DNA of 64,000 nucleotides from an uncultured Candidatus Saccharibacteria bacterium (GTDB lineage Bacteria; Patescibacteriota; Minisyncoccia; Portnoybacterales; UBA2143). The position numbers and the translations under genes are program-made. Each line of letters begins with the position of its first letter. Position 1 is the stretch's first letter. The notes below the pieces were generated by a model. The model did no database searches, was not told the origin of the DNA, and worked only from the letters and a program-made list of their open reading frames with translations. The stretch spans positions 5,806-69,805 of the forward strand of contig CAZVUG010000005.1 in the NCBI GenBank assembly GCA_964629675.1. The letters run 5' to 3'. Positions 18,778 to 28,958 of the stretch are shown in pieces.

Positions 18778-19305
18778 ATGATTAAATCTAGATTGAAATA
18801 CTTAAGAATATCTCCGCGAAAAGTCAGGCTGGTAGCAGATTTAATTAGAGGCATGGATGCAGTAAAAGCCGAAAGGCAGTTGACTTTTTTAAATAGAAGA
18901 GCAAAAAATCCTTTGCTAAATCTTTTAAAATCTGCTTTGGCTAATGCTAAAAGTAGCGCTGATTTAGAGAAAGAAAACCTTTATATTTCAGAAGTTAGAG
19001 TAGATAAAGGGCCAACTCTTAAAAGATGGAGGCCTCGCGCTTTTGGCCGAGCTACGCCGATACTAAAAAGAACTAGCCATATTTTTTTAGCTTTAGAAGA
19101 AAAAAAATCTACGGGAAAAAGCAAAAAAGGAAGTAAGCAGTTTAAAAAAGAACAATTGGTGCAGCAGCAAGAAAAGAAAACTCCTATTATTGCTAAAGAT
19201 AAGAAAACAAAATCTTACCGTAAACTTTTTAAAACAAAAAAAGGATTTTTTAAAGATAAAGGCGTTGATAAATCTAAAAAGCTTTTTCGCCGAAAAAGCA
19301 TATAA
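18778..19305 (+). CDS. rplV: 50S ribosomal protein L22 (long basic C-terminal extension)
   Basis: SPRKVRLVADLIRG, PRAFGRA, KRTSHI. Confidence 0.96.
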   Translation: MIKSRLKYLRISPRKVRLVADLIRGMDAVKAERQLTFLNRRAKNPLLNLLKSALANAKSSADLEKENLYISEVRVDKGPTLKRWRPRAFGRATPILKRTSHIFLALEEKKSTGKSKKGSKQFKKEQLVQQQEKKTPIIAKDKKTKSYRKLFKTKKGFFKDKGVDKSKKLFRRKSI

Positions 19306-19310
19306 AATAT

Positions 19311-19979
19311 ATGTCACATAGAGTACATCCATTTATTTTTAGAATAGGCAGAACCACCCAATGGAAATCAAGGTGGTTTAACGAAAAGAGATATGGTGAA
19401 TTTTTAAAACAAGATATTCGCTTGCGCGATTTTATAATGAAAAAATTATCTAATGCCGGAATTAATTCAGTCGAGATAGAACGTTCAGCTAATATGATAA
19501 ATATAATTGTCAAAACGGCTCGTCCTGGCTTAGTTATTGGGCGCGGTGGTGGCGGAGTTGAAGAATTAAAAGGGAATATTAAGAAGTTCTTACAGAAAGA
19601 AAAAGCTAATTTAGCTAATTTAGAAATTCGTTTAAATATCGAAGAAGTCAAGCAACCAACAGCCCAAGCTCCAATTGTTGCTTCAGAAGCAGCTAGTCAA
19701 ATAGAGAGAAGAATGCCTTATCGTAGAGTAATAAAACAAACTTTGGATAAAATTATGCAGAACAAAGAGGTTCAAGGAGCTAAGATAACAGTTAAAGGTA
19801 GATTAAACGGGGCAGAAATTGCTCGCAAGGAATGGTTAAAAAAAGGCAGAATTCCCCTACAAACTATCAGAGCAAATATTGATTATGGGCAGTCAACTGC
19901 CTATACTACTTATGGAACAATTGGGGTAAAGGTCTGGATTTATAAAGGGGAAGTATTTGATAAAAATTTTAACGTTTAA
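19311..19979 (+). CDS. rpsC: 30S ribosomal protein S3
   Basis: [27 protein letters not shown]. Confidence 0.98.
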   Translation: MSHRVHPFIFRIGRTTQWKSRWFNEKRYGEFLKQDIRLRDFIMKKLSNAGINSVEIERSANMINIIVKTARPGLVIGRGGGGVEELKGNIKKFLQKEKANLANLEIRLNIEEVKQPTAQAPIVASEAASQIERRMPYRRVIKQTLDKIMQNKEVQGAKITVKGRLNGAEIARKEWLKKGRIPLQTIRANIDYGQSTAYTTYGTIGVKVWIYKGEVFDKNFNV

Positions 19980-19987
19980 TTTTAAAT

Positions 19988-20407
19988 ATGTTATTGCCTA
20001 AAAAAGTTAAATATCGCAAATGGCAGAAAGGCCGACGCCGGAATAAAGGAAAAGCAACAAGGGGATTCTCTCTTTCTTTTGGCTCGTATGGTATGAAAGC
20101 ATTGGAAGGCTGCTGGATGACTTCTCGGCAAATTGAAGCTGCTCGTCGAGCAATGACTCGTTATGTCCAACGCGGAGGCAAAATCTGGATTAGAGTATTT
20201 CCGGATAAGCCAATAACGAAAAAGGGAATAGAAGTTCCGATGGGCGGTGGCAAGGGAAGCGTTGATCATTATGTGACGATTATCAAACCAGGTCGAATTA
20301 TTTTTGAAATGGATGGTGTTCCTGAAAAGTTAGCCAAAGAAGCAATGCGAAGAGCCGGACATAAATTGCCAGTTAAAACCAAATTTATTACTAGGGAAAA
20401 CATATGA
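19988..20407 (+). CDS. rplP: 50S ribosomal protein L16
   Basis: [19 protein letters not shown]. Confidence 0.98.
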   Translation: MLLPKKVKYRKWQKGRRRNKGKATRGFSLSFGSYGMKALEGCWMTSRQIEAARRAMTRYVQRGGKIWIRVFPDKPITKKGIEVPMGGGKGSVDHYVTIIKPGRIIFEMDGVPEKLAKEAMRRAGHKLPVKTKFITRENI

Positions 20408-20604
20408 AGATAAAAGAATTAAAAGAAAAAACTGATAAAGAATTGCATGAATTTTTAATGGAGAATCGACAAAAATTAGGTCAGCTTAAATTTGACTTAT
20501 CTTTTAAAAAGCTTAAGAATGTAAAGCAAATAGGAGAATTAAGAAAAAACATTGCTAGAGTTTTAACTATTTTAAAAGGAAAAGAAAATGGAACAAATAA
20601 ATAA
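20404..20604 (+). CDS. rpmC: 50S ribosomal protein L29
   Basis: [10 protein letters not shown]; operon position. Confidence 0.93.
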   Translation: MKIKELKEKTDKELHEFLMENRQKLGQLKFDLSFKKLKNVKQIGELRKNIARVLTILKGKENGTNK

Positions 20605-20836
20605 AAATTCAAAAAAGGGAAGAATTCTAAAAGGAAAAGTTATTAGTAAAAGCGGTGATAAAACAGTAGTTGTTTTAGTTGATCGTTACAAAAAGCATCC
20701 AAAATATAATAAGAGATATAAGATAAGCAAGAAGTACAAGGTTCACGATCAAGAAAATAAATATAAAGCAGGAGATGAAATAAGTATCCAGGAGTGTTCT
20801 CCGATAAGTAAGGATAAACACTGGAAAGTTTTATGA
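20588..20836 (+). CDS. rpsQ: 30S ribosomal protein S17
   Basis: [19 protein letters not shown]. Confidence 0.96.
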   Translation: MEQINKNSKKGRILKGKVISKSGDKTVVVLVDRYKKHPKYNKRYKISKKYKVHDQENKYKAGDEISIQECSPISKDKHWKVL

Positions 20837-21198
20837 TACAATCAGGAACAAAATTAAAAGTTACTGATAATACTGGAGCAAAAATTATCCAGTGTTTTAA
20901 GGTATTAGGTGGCAGCCGCAGGCGATACGCGCGAATTGGTGATATTATTGTTGCTTCAGTTAAAGAGGCCGAACCGAGAAAAGAGGTAAAAAAGAAAGAT
21001 GTTATTAGGGCAGTTGTTGTTCGGCAGAGAAAAGAATATAGGCGAAAAGATGGCTCTTATATCCGCTTTGACGAAAATGCCGCAGTAATTTTAGACGGTT
21101 TAAATCCTAAGGCTGGACGAATTTTTGGCCCGATTCCTCGTGAATTAAGAGAGAAGGGATTTGATAAAATTGCTTCTTTAGCAGAGGAAATTTTGTAA
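20833..21198 (+). CDS. rplN: 50S ribosomal protein L14
   Basis: [24 protein letters not shown]. Confidence 0.98.
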   Translation: MIQSGTKLKVTDNTGAKIIQCFKVLGGSRRRYARIGDIIVASVKEAEPRKEVKKKDVIRAVVVRQRKEYRRKDGSYIRFDENAAVILDGLNPKAGRIFGPIPRELREKGFDKIASLAEEIL

Positions 21199-21203
21199 TT
21201 ATT

Positions 21204-21509
21204 ATGAAAATAAAGAAAAATGATGCAACATTAATAATTAGCGGAAAAGACAGAGGGAAAAAAGGCAAAGTTCTTGAGGCTTTTCCCGTAGAAAGAAAAG
21301 TTGTTGTTGAGGGAATTAATATAGTTAGAAAACACCAACGTCCGAAAAAAGAAGGCGAAAAAGGTCAAATTGTTGAATTGCCTAAGCCTATTTCTGTCTC
21401 CAACGTGAAGCTTATTTGCCCCAAATGCGGTCAGGCAACAAGGGTCGGCTATCGCTTAACTCAAGAAGGCAAAGAAAGAATATGTAAAAAATGCGGCCAA
21501 GAAATATGA
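21204..21509 (+). CDS. rplX: 50S ribosomal protein L24
   Basis: SGKDRGKKG, VEGINI, CPKC...CKKC. Confidence 0.96.
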   Translation: MKIKKNDATLIISGKDRGKKGKVLEAFPVERKVVVEGINIVRKHQRPKKEGEKGQIVELPKPISVSNVKLICPKCGQATRVGYRLTQEGKERICKKCGQEI

Positions 21510-22045
21510 TCAGATTACAAGAAAAATATAATAAAAAGGTTATTCCAGCAATGAAAGAATCTTTTGGCTATAAAAATAATTTAGCTGTGCCAAAAATTAC
21601 CAAAGTAGTTATTAACAGTGGTTTTAGCCCTAATGATATAGGAGAAAAAATGGAAGAAGAAATCAGCCGTGGCTTAACTACCATTGCTGCTCAAAAACCA
21701 GCTATTCGCCAAGCTAAAAAAGCTATTGCTGGATTTAAAATCAGACAGGGAATGAATGTCGGTCTAGCTGTAACTTTAAGGGGGAAAAGAATGTATGATT
21801 TTCTTGATAGATTAATCCACATTGCCTTACCTCGAACACGTGATTTTCGCGGCATTAATCAAAAAAATATTGATCATTCTGGTAATTTAAATATTGGCAT
21901 TAAAGAACAGATAGTTTTTCCGGAAATATCAACCGAGAGCGCTAAAAATATTTTTGGTTTTGAAATAGCTGTAGTAACAACAGCTAAAAAGCGTGAAGAG
22001 GGTTTAGAATTATTTAAATTATTAGGTTTTCCTATAGCAAAATAA
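21506..22045 (+). CDS. rplE: 50S ribosomal protein L5
   Basis: VPKITKVVIN, FKIRQG, LPRTRDFRG; likely start ATG 21506 overlapping the rplX stop. Confidence 0.97.
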   Translation: MIRLQEKYNKKVIPAMKESFGYKNNLAVPKITKVVINSGFSPNDIGEKMEEEISRGLTTIAAQKPAIRQAKKAIAGFKIRQGMNVGLAVTLRGKRMYDFLDRLIHIALPRTRDFRGINQKNIDHSGNLNIGIKEQIVFPEISTESAKNIFGFEIAVVTTAKKREEGLELFKLLGFPIAK

Positions 22046-22048
22046 ATT

Positions 22049-22234
22049 ATGGCCAGAAAAGCTTTAGTAGTTAAAAGTGAAAAAAAACAAAAATATTCTA
22101 CGCGGGAATTAAAGCGTTGTTTTAGATGTGGTCGAAAAAGAGGTTATATGAGGAAATTTGGCTTATGTCGGATATGCTTCCGCGAGTTAGCCAATAAAGG
22201 AGAATTGCCAGGGGTTAAAAAATCCAGCTGGTAA
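22049..22234 (+). CDS. rpsN: 30S ribosomal protein S14, zinc-binding type
   Basis: RCFRCGR...[12 protein letters not shown]. Confidence 0.97.
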   Translation: MARKALVVKSEKKQKYSTRELKRCFRCGRKRGYMRKFGLCRICFRELANKGELPGVKKSSW

Positions 22235-22248
22235 ATTTATTTAAAAAA

Positions 22249-22638
22249 ATGGATATTATTTCAGACATGTTAATTAGAATAAAAAACGCTCAGGCTGTTG
22301 TTCATCAGACAGTTGATGTTCCTTTTTCTGAATTAAAATTAAATTTAGCTAAGATTTTAGAGAAGGAAGGATTAATAGAAAAAATAGAAACAAAAGGCAG
22401 AAAGGCTAAAAAGTTTATTAGAATTAGCCTTAAGTATGAAAACGGCAGGCCATCAATTAAAGATTTTAAAAGAATTAGCAAACCAAGTTGCCGAATTTAT
22501 GTTAAGAAAAACAGCTTAGGCTCATTGCAGCAAGAGAGAAAAATAGCGGTTCTTTCTACCCCGCAAGGGATAATGAGCAATAAAGAAGCTTTTAAAAAAG
22601 GTCTAGGGGGAGAATATTTATTCCAAGTTTTAATTTAA
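22249..22638 (+). CDS. rpsH: 30S ribosomal protein S8
   Basis: DMLIRIKNA, ISKP, STPQG, GGE. Confidence 0.96.
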   Translation: MDIISDMLIRIKNAQAVVHQTVDVPFSELKLNLAKILEKEGLIEKIETKGRKAKKFIRISLKYENGRPSIKDFKRISKPSCRIYVKKNSLGSLQQERKIAVLSTPQGIMSNKEAFKKGLGGEYLFQVLI

Positions 22639-22642
22639 TCTT

Positions 22643-23200
22643 ATGAGTAGAATCGGTAAACAACCAATTATTATTCCAGAAGGAGTTGAAGTTAAGATTG
22701 AAGACCAACAAGTAAAAGTTAAAGGTCCTGAAGGAGAGCTACGACAAGATTTCTTGTCGGATGTTAAAATTGCAACAGAAAAAAATGATGACGGGAAAAA
22801 CCAAGTTAGAATTTCTCTTGCTAAAAAGACTAAAAAATCAGCTGCTCTCTGGGGACTTTACCGCAGTCTAGTTTTTAATATGATTTTAGGAGTAACTGAA
22901 GGAATAGAAAAGAAATTAGAAATTAAAGGAATTGGTTATCGGGCAGAAGCGCAAACTGACAAACTGACTCTTCATATTGGCTATTCTCATCCAGTTATTA
23001 TAGAAGCTCCAGAAGGAATTCAATTTTCGGTAGATAAGAATACTATTACTGTTTCAGGGATAGATAAGCAGGCAGTCGGTCAAATAGCAGCTAAGATCAG
23101 AGACCAACGAAAGCCAGAGCCTTATAAAGGCAAGGGAATTAGGTATTTGGGAGAAGAAGTTAGAATGAAGGCAGGTAAAAAATCTGCAGCATCAGAATAA
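22643..23200 (+). CDS. rplF: 50S ribosomal protein L6
   Basis: MSRIGKQP, PEPYKGKGIRY. Confidence 0.98.
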   Translation: MSRIGKQPIIIPEGVEVKIEDQQVKVKGPEGELRQDFLSDVKIATEKNDDGKNQVRISLAKKTKKSAALWGLYRSLVFNMILGVTEGIEKKLEIKGIGYRAEAQTDKLTLHIGYSHPVIIEAPEGIQFSVDKNTITVSGIDKQAVGQIAAKIRDQRKPEPYKGKGIRYLGEEVRMKAGKKSAASE

Positions 23201-23216
23201 TTTTAAATTAATTTTT

Positions 23217-23567
23217 ATGAACAATAAACGCCAACAAAGATATATTAGGCATAAGCGTATTAGAGCAAAAATTAAAGGGACATCCAAGTGTCCGCGTCTT
23301 TGCGTTTTTAGAAGCAATAAACATATTTCTGTCCAATTAATTGATGATCATAAGGGGCATACTTTAGTTAGTGCTAGCGATCTAGAGATTAAAGATAAAA
23401 AGAATTTAAAAAAAGTTGATTTGGCTAAAAAAGTTGGCAGTTTAATAAGCCAAAAGGCAATTAAAAATAATATCGAAAAGATTGTTTTTGATAGAGCTGG
23501 CTATAAATATCATGGCCGGGTAAAAGCAATTGCTGAAGGAGCTAAAGAAGGAGGATTAAAGTTTTAA
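23217..23567 (+). CDS. rplR: 50S ribosomal protein L18
   Basis: PRLCVFRSNKH, FDRAGYKYHGRV. Confidence 0.98.
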   Translation: MNNKRQQRYIRHKRIRAKIKGTSKCPRLCVFRSNKHISVQLIDDHKGHTLVSASDLEIKDKKNLKKVDLAKKVGSLISQKAIKNNIEKIVFDRAGYKYHGRVKAIAEGAKEGGLKF

Positions 23568-23568
23568 T

Positions 23569-24021
23569 ATGTTTAATAATAAAGAACAAGAAAAAAGAGA
23601 ATATGAGCAAAAATTACTAGACGTAGCTAGGGTAGTTAGGGTTGTTGCTGGCGGAAGGCGTTTTAGGTTTAGGGCAGTTTTAATTATTGGCGACAAAAAA
23701 GGAAAAGTTGGCGTAGGTGTTGCTAAAGGACAAGATGTAAGTATGGCTGTCGAAAAAGCATTTGCTGACGCAAAAAAACATTTAATTAAAGTTCCCCTCA
23801 AAGAAGGTACTATTCCTTATATTGTTGAAGCAAAATGCGACAGTGCCAGGATTCTTTTAAAGCCGGGAACTAGAGGAAAGGGAATTGTTGCTGGCGGAGC
23901 AGTTAGAGTTGTTTGCGATTTGGCCGGTATTCGAGATATTTCCGGAAAAATTTTAGGAAGAACCAGAAATGCTTTAAATAATGCTAGGGCAACTATTAAA
24001 GCTTTGGAAAATTTATATTAA
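23569..24021 (+). CDS. rpsE: 30S ribosomal protein S5
   Basis: RVVAGGRRFRF, GIVAGG. Confidence 0.97.
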   Translation: MFNNKEQEKREYEQKLLDVARVVRVVAGGRRFRFRAVLIIGDKKGKVGVGVAKGQDVSMAVEKAFADAKKHLIKVPLKEGTIPYIVEAKCDSARILLKPGTRGKGIVAGGAVRVVCDLAGIRDISGKILGRTRNALNNARATIKALENLY

Positions 24022-24031
24022 GGAATAAAAT

Positions 24032-24487
24032 ATGCAACTTCATCAATTAAAACTTAATTCTGCTAAAAAAGCTAAAAAGAGAATTGGCCGAGGCGGTAAA
24101 AAAGGAACTTATTCTGGCAGAGGAATTAAAGGGCAAAAATCTCGTTCCGGCAGACATCCACGAATTGGCTTTGTTGGCGGAGACAGGCCTTTACATAAGA
24201 TGGTCCCTAAACCTCGTGGAGAAAGGGGTTCTTTAGATATCAAAGAAGGCCAAAAATTAAGCAGGTTAAGATTAATAAAAAAGCCAGTTATTATTAATTT
24301 GGATAAAATTGAAGAAAAATTCTCAGAAGGAGAGATTGTTTCTCCAATTAATTTGTTAAAGAAAGGATTAATTGCTAAAATAAAAGGGAGAATACCCCAA
24401 GTTAAAATTTTAGGCAGAGGAGAGTTAAAAAAGAAATTAAAATTTGAGAATGTCATTTTATCTAAAAAAGTTCAAAAAAAGAAATAA
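24032..24487 (+). CDS. rplO: 50S ribosomal protein L15
   Basis: RIGRGGKKGTYSGRGIKGQKSRSG, VKILG. Confidence 0.95.
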   Translation: MQLHQLKLNSAKKAKKRIGRGGKKGTYSGRGIKGQKSRSGRHPRIGFVGGDRPLHKMVPKPRGERGSLDIKEGQKLSRLRLIKKPVIINLDKIEEKFSEGEIVSPINLLKKGLIAKIKGRIPQVKILGRGELKKKLKFENVILSKKVQKKK

Positions 24488-24506
24488 TCTTTTAATATAT
24501 TAAAAT

Positions 24507-25793
24507 ATGTGGTCCTGGACTCAAAAAATATTTCAGCTATTTAAAATAAAAGATTTGCGCAAAAGAATATTATTTATTTTGATGGTTTTAGTTATTTTCC
24601 GCATAGCAGCCAATATTCCTGTGCCAGGAATTGATGTAGCAAAACTTGAACAGTTTTTTTCTAACAATCAGCTTTTTGGTCTTTTGAATATTTTTACCGG
24701 TGGAGCTTTAAGCAATATGTCAATAGTCATGCTAGGATTAGGTCCTTTTATTACAGCGACCATTATTATGCAGCTGTTGACGATGATTTTCCCGCAATTA
24801 GAAGCTCTTTATAAAGAAGAGGGAGAAGCCGGCCGGCAAAAATTTAATCAATATAGCCGAATACTGACTATTCCTTTAGCAGTTTTGCAGTCTTATGGAA
24901 TGATTACCTTGTTAAATAGGCAAGGCATTATTCCGGAATTTTCTCTAATACAGTGGATTACTTCTATTTCGGTTATTACTGCCGGAGCTTTGTTTTTAAT
25001 GTGGCTGGGAGAATTAATATCGGAAAAAGGTATTGGCAATGGCGTCTCTTTGTTAATTTTTGCTGGAATAGTTTCGGGAATTCCTCAGTCTTTCAAACAA
25101 ATTATTATCACCTACGATCCCTCGCAAATTCCTTCTTATATTGCTTTCCTTGTTTTAGCTATAGTAATTATTACCGGAGTAGTTGTTATTACTGAAGGTC
25201 GGCGCAATATTCCAGTCTCTTACGCTAAAAGAATAAGGGGCCATCGCATGTACGGCGGTGTTTCTACTTATTTGCCTTTAAATGTTAATCCGGCAGGAGT
25301 TATTCCAATAATCTTTGCTCTTTCAATAATGCTTTTCCCGGGAATGATTGCTAGCTTTTTAAGTGGAACTAGTATTGGCTGGCTAGCTGGCGCCGCTCAA
25401 TTTATTGGTCGGATTTTTGAAAATGCCTGGTTCTATGGTTTCTTTTATTTCCTGTTAGTAGTCTTATTTACTTATTTTTACACAGCAGTAACCTTTGATC
25501 CTAAAAATGTTTCTAATAATTTACAAAAAATGGGCGGATTCATTCCGGGAATACGGCCAGGCCGGCCAACTTCCCAATTCCTTTATTTTATTCTTAATCG
25601 AGTTTTGCTTTTTGGCGCTTTCTTCTTAGGGACTATTGCTGTTTTGCCTTCAATTGTCCAGGGGGTTACTGGTGTAGAAGCCTTTGGTTTTGCCATTGGC
25701 GGAACAGCTCTGCTTATTATCGTCTCAGTTATTCTGGAGACTATTCGACAAATTAATTCTCAGTTAACTATGCGAGAATATGAAGGATTCTAA
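24507..25793 (+). CDS. secY: Preprotein translocase SecY
   Basis: LGLGPFITATII, GIGNGVSL, PGIRPG, about 10 TMs. Confidence 0.98.
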   Translation: MWSWTQKIFQLFKIKDLRKRILFILMVLVIFRIAANIPVPGIDVAKLEQFFSNNQLFGLLNIFTGGALSNMSIVMLGLGPFITATIIMQLLTMIFPQLEALYKEEGEAGRQKFNQYSRILTIPLAVLQSYGMITLLNRQGIIPEFSLIQWITSISVITAGALFLMWLGELISEKGIGNGVSLLIFAGIVSGIPQSFKQIIITYDPSQIPSYIAFLVLAIVIITGVVVITEGRRNIPVSYAKRIRGHRMYGGVSTYLPLNVNPAGVIPIIFALSIMLFPGMIASFLSGTSIGWLAGAAQFIGRIFENAWFYGFFYFLLVVLFTYFYTAVTFDPKNVSNNLQKMGGFIPGIRPGRPTSQFLYFILNRVLLFGAFFLGTIAVLPSIVQGVTGVEAFGFAIGGTALLIIVSVILETIRQINSQLTMREYEGF

Positions 25794-26454
25794 AAAAGAG
25801 CCACAAATTATAATTCTTTTTGGCCGATCTGGCTGCGGGAAGGGAACCCAGGCCAAATTTTTAATTCAAGATTTTGGTTTAGAAAACATAGAGACGGGGA
25901 AAATCTTAAGAAAACAGTCAGTAAAAGATAGTTTTTCTGGCAGAAAGCTAAAAAAGATTTTAATTGCCGGTAATCGCGTACCGACTCATTTTGTCTTCCA
26001 AATTTGGGGAAACGAGATAGAGAAAGTAAAAAATAAAGCTAATTTTAAAGGATTAGTTATTGATGGCAGCCCTCGCTCTGTTTTAGAAGCAGAATTAATC
26101 GATGGGTTTTTTGCCTGGTACGAATGGAAAAATATCAAGCCGATTTTATTAGATATTTCTGAAGAAGAAGCTTTTGCTAGATTGACTAAAAGGAGAATTT
26201 GCCAAAAATGCGGCCGGTTGATTCCTTGGGTCGGTGATTTTAAAAAATTAACAAGATGTGATAAATGCGGCGGAAAATTAGAGCGCCGTCCTGATGATAA
26301 GCCGGAAATTATTAAGAATCGTTTAGAATATTACAAAAAAGATGTAGAGCCGGTCATTGATTATTATCGGGAAAAAGGCATCTTAATATCTATTGATGGC
26401 GAGCAATCAATAGAAGGTGTCTATCAAGATATTAAGAAAAATTTACAAAGATGA
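25780..26454 (+). CDS. adk: Adenylate kinase (zinc lid)
   Basis: GRSGCGKGTQA, DGSPR, CQKC...CDKC, RPDD. Confidence 0.92.
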   Translation: MKDSKKEPQIIILFGRSGCGKGTQAKFLIQDFGLENIETGKILRKQSVKDSFSGRKLKKILIAGNRVPTHFVFQIWGNEIEKVKNKANFKGLVIDGSPRSVLEAELIDGFFAWYEWKNIKPILLDISEEEAFARLTKRRICQKCGRLIPWVGDFKKLTRCDKCGGKLERRPDDKPEIIKNRLEYYKKDVEPVIDYYREKGILISIDGEQSIEGVYQDIKKNLQR

Positions 26455-27194
26455 TTATTATTAAAACAGACAAAGAAATTGAAATAATGAGAGAATCAGG
26501 AAGAAAGCTGGCTAAAGTAATGAGAGAAGTGAAAAAAGAAGCAAAACCCGGGGTAACAACCAAAGAATTAGATGAGCTTGCTGAAGAGCTCATTTTAAAA
26601 TCAGGATCTAAAACAGCTTTTAAAGGGTATGGCGGTTTTCCTAACGCTATGTGCACTTCTCTTAATGAACAAATAGTTCACGGAGTTCCGTCAAACAGGG
26701 AATTAATAGAAGGCGATATTCTCAGCTTAGATCTTGGATTAATTCATCAAGGCTTTTATTCTGATATGGCAATTACGATTGCTATTGGCAAGATTCCTCC
26801 TGAAGTTAATCGATTAATCAGAGTTACTAAAAAATCTTTAAAAAGAGCTATTGCCAGATTAAAGCCAGGCAAGCATTTAGGCGATATTTCTTGTGCTATT
26901 CAGAATTATGTAGAGAGTCAGGGTTTTCAAGTTGTCCGAGACCTTTGCGGCCATGGAGTTGGTCGGATTCTTCATGAGGATCCGCAAATTCTTAATTTCG
27001 GCCAAAGGCATAAAGGCCCTGAACTAAAGGCAGGAATGGTTTTTGCTATTGAACCAATGGTGGTTATGGGAAAACCAGGGATAAAAAAAGGCCCGGATGG
27101 ATTTACCTACCAGACCGCTGATAATAGTTTATCTGCCCACTTTGAGCATAGTATTGCTATAACTAATAATGGCCCAATAATCTTGACTGAATAA
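26451..27194 (+). CDS. map: Methionine aminopeptidase type I
   Basis: VHGVP, GHGVG, HEDP, AIEPM, SAHFEHS. Confidence 0.97.
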   Translation: MIIIKTDKEIEIMRESGRKLAKVMREVKKEAKPGVTTKELDELAEELILKSGSKTAFKGYGGFPNAMCTSLNEQIVHGVPSNRELIEGDILSLDLGLIHQGFYSDMAITIAIGKIPPEVNRLIRVTKKSLKRAIARLKPGKHLGDISCAIQNYVESQGFQVVRDLCGHGVGRILHEDPQILNFGQRHKGPELKAGMVFAIEPMVVMGKPGIKKGPDGFTYQTADNSLSAHFEHSIAITNNGPIILTE

Positions 27195-27223
27195 AAAATA
27201 GCAACTTTGAAATTGCTATTTTT
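27194..27223. terminator. Bidirectional terminator between map and thrS
   Basis: AAAAATAGCAA-N8-TTGCTATTTTT. Confidence 0.65.
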
Positions 27224-28958
27224 GTTTTTCTTTTTTAATTTCTTCTTCTTTTATTTTCTGAATAAAATTTTTAATTTTAATAGTGCCAATATCTCCCTTT
27301 TCTCTGTCTCTTAAACTGATAGAGTCAGACTGGCGTTCTTTTTCCCCGACTATCAAAAGATAGGGGATTTTTTGCATTTCGCCTGTCCTAATTTTCTTGC
27401 CTAAGGTTTCATTGCTATCATTTAATTCAACTCGAATATTATTTTCGCTTAATTGTTTTTCTATCTTTTTGGCATAACTATTAAATTTTTGACTAACTGG
27501 TACAATTTGCGCTTGGATTGGCGAAAGCCAGATGGGGAAAGATCCAGCAGTATGTTCGATATAAACACCGATAAATCTTTCTAAAGAGCCTAATAAAGCC
27601 CGATGAATCATAAAAGGGATTTGTTTTTTATTATTTTTATCAATGTATTCCATTTTAAAACGGCTTGGCAGATTAAAATCAACTTGAATTGTAGAAAGCT
27701 GCCATTTTCGGCCAATGGAATCGTCTACCTTGACGTCAACTTTCGGCCCGTAAAAAACTGCTCCGCCAACATCTAAAATTAATTTATCCTGATAACCTGT
27801 TTTTTTAATGGCTTGCTTGAGGCTCTCCTCGGCTTGCTGCCAATCTTTATCTCGGCCAATAAATTTCTTTTTTTCTTGAGGATCTCTTACCGAAAGATTA
27901 ACTTCGAATTTTTTAAAACCGAATGTTTTAAGGATGTAAAAAGTTAATTTAAGAGCTTCAGTTAATTCTTGGTGCAATTGTTCCGGACGACAAATAATAT
28001 GGGCATCATCTTGAGTAAATCCTCTAACTCTAGTTAAGCCATGAAGCGTGCCGCTTTTTTCGTAGCGATAAACAGTTCCCATCTCGGTCAAGCGCATCGG
28101 CAAATCGCGATAACTTCTTGGCTTTTGCTGATATATCTTAATATGTAAAGGGCAATTCATTGGCTTTAAGCGGTATTCTTCCTCTTCAATACCAAAAGGA
28201 TTATACATATTTTCTCGATAAAAGCCTAAGTGTCCAGAATGCTGCCACAATTTTTCACTGGCAATATGAGGAGTGCTGACTAGTTGATAGCCTTTCTCTA
28301 TATATGTATTTAGGGCAAATTCCTTGATTTTGTGTCTGATGAAAGCTCCTTTTGGCAGCCAAAGCGGCAATCCTTGGCCTACTTCTTCATCAAGCATGAA
28401 TAGATCAAGCTTCTGCCCTAAAAAGCGATGGTCTCTTTTTTCTGCTTCTTGCTGCCTTTTAAGATATTCATTTAATTCTTTCTGGCTGGCAAAAGCAACG
28501 CCGTAAATTCTTTGCAGCATTTTATTTTTCTCATCGCCTTTCCAATAAGCTCCAGCAAGAGAAATGATTTTAAAGGGTTTCCCTTTTAACTCGCTAGTTG
28601 ATTTAATATGAGGCCCGCGGCATAAATCAATAAAATTACCAACTTGATAAATGGCAACTTTCTTCTCCTTGATTTCTTTAATTAATTCTTTTTTATAAGG
28701 CTGGTCCTTGAATATCTTTTTGGCTGCCGCTTGAGAAACTTCTTTTTTCTTAAATTGTAAATTCTTTTTAATTAATTCTTTCATCTTCTTCTCTATTTGG
28801 GGAAGATCTTCTGGTTTAAGAGAATCAATTAAGTCAAAATCATAATAAAAGCCATCCTCAATAGATGGGCCAATGCCAAATTTAGCTTTAGGGAATAGCT
28901 CTTGAACAGCTGCGGCTAAAATATGCGCATAAGAATGTCTAATAATTTCGATATCCAT
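27216..28958 (-). CDS. thrS: Threonine--tRNA ligase (no N-terminal TGS domain)
   Basis: RHSYAH, DLCRGPH, KPMNCP, RVRGFTQDDAH, FYGPK, HRALLGSLERF. Confidence 0.98.
   Translation of the reverse strand: MDIEIIRHSYAHILAAAVQELFPKAKFGIGPSIEDGFYYDFDLIDSLKPEDLPQIEKKMKELIKKNLQFKKKEVSQAAAKKIFKDQPYKKELIKEIKEKKVAIYQVGNFIDLCRGPHIKSTSELKGKPFKIISLAGAYWKGDEKNKMLQRIYGVAFASQKELNEYLKRQQEAEKRDHRFLGQKLDLFMLDEEVGQGLPLWLPKGAFIRHKIKEFALNTYIEKGYQLVSTPHIASEKLWQHSGHLGFYRENMYNPFGIEEEEYRLKPMNCPLHIKIYQQKPRSYRDLPMRLTEMGTVYRYEKSGTLHGLTRVRGFTQDDAHIICRPEQLHQELTEALKLTFYILKTFGFKKFEVNLSVRDPQEKKKFIGRDKDWQQAEESLKQAIKKTGYQDKLILDVGGAVFYGPKVDVKVDDSIGRKWQLSTIQVDFNLPSRFKMEYIDKNNKKQIPFMIHRALLGSLERFIGVYIEHTAGSFPIWLSPIQAQIVPVSQKFNSYAKKIEKQLSENNIRVELNDSNETLGKKIRTGEMQKIPYLLIVGEKERQSDSISLRDREKGDIGTIKIKNFIQKIKEEEIKKEKQK

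Noticed and set aside
23548-23568. AAGGAGG upstream of rpsE as an SD
   Set aside because: About 14 nt from the ATG and explained by the EGG codons of rplR.
26451-27216. Loss of infA-rpmJ-rpsM-rpsK-rpoA after map
   Set aside because: Probably relocated elsewhere in the genome; absence cannot be judged from one window.
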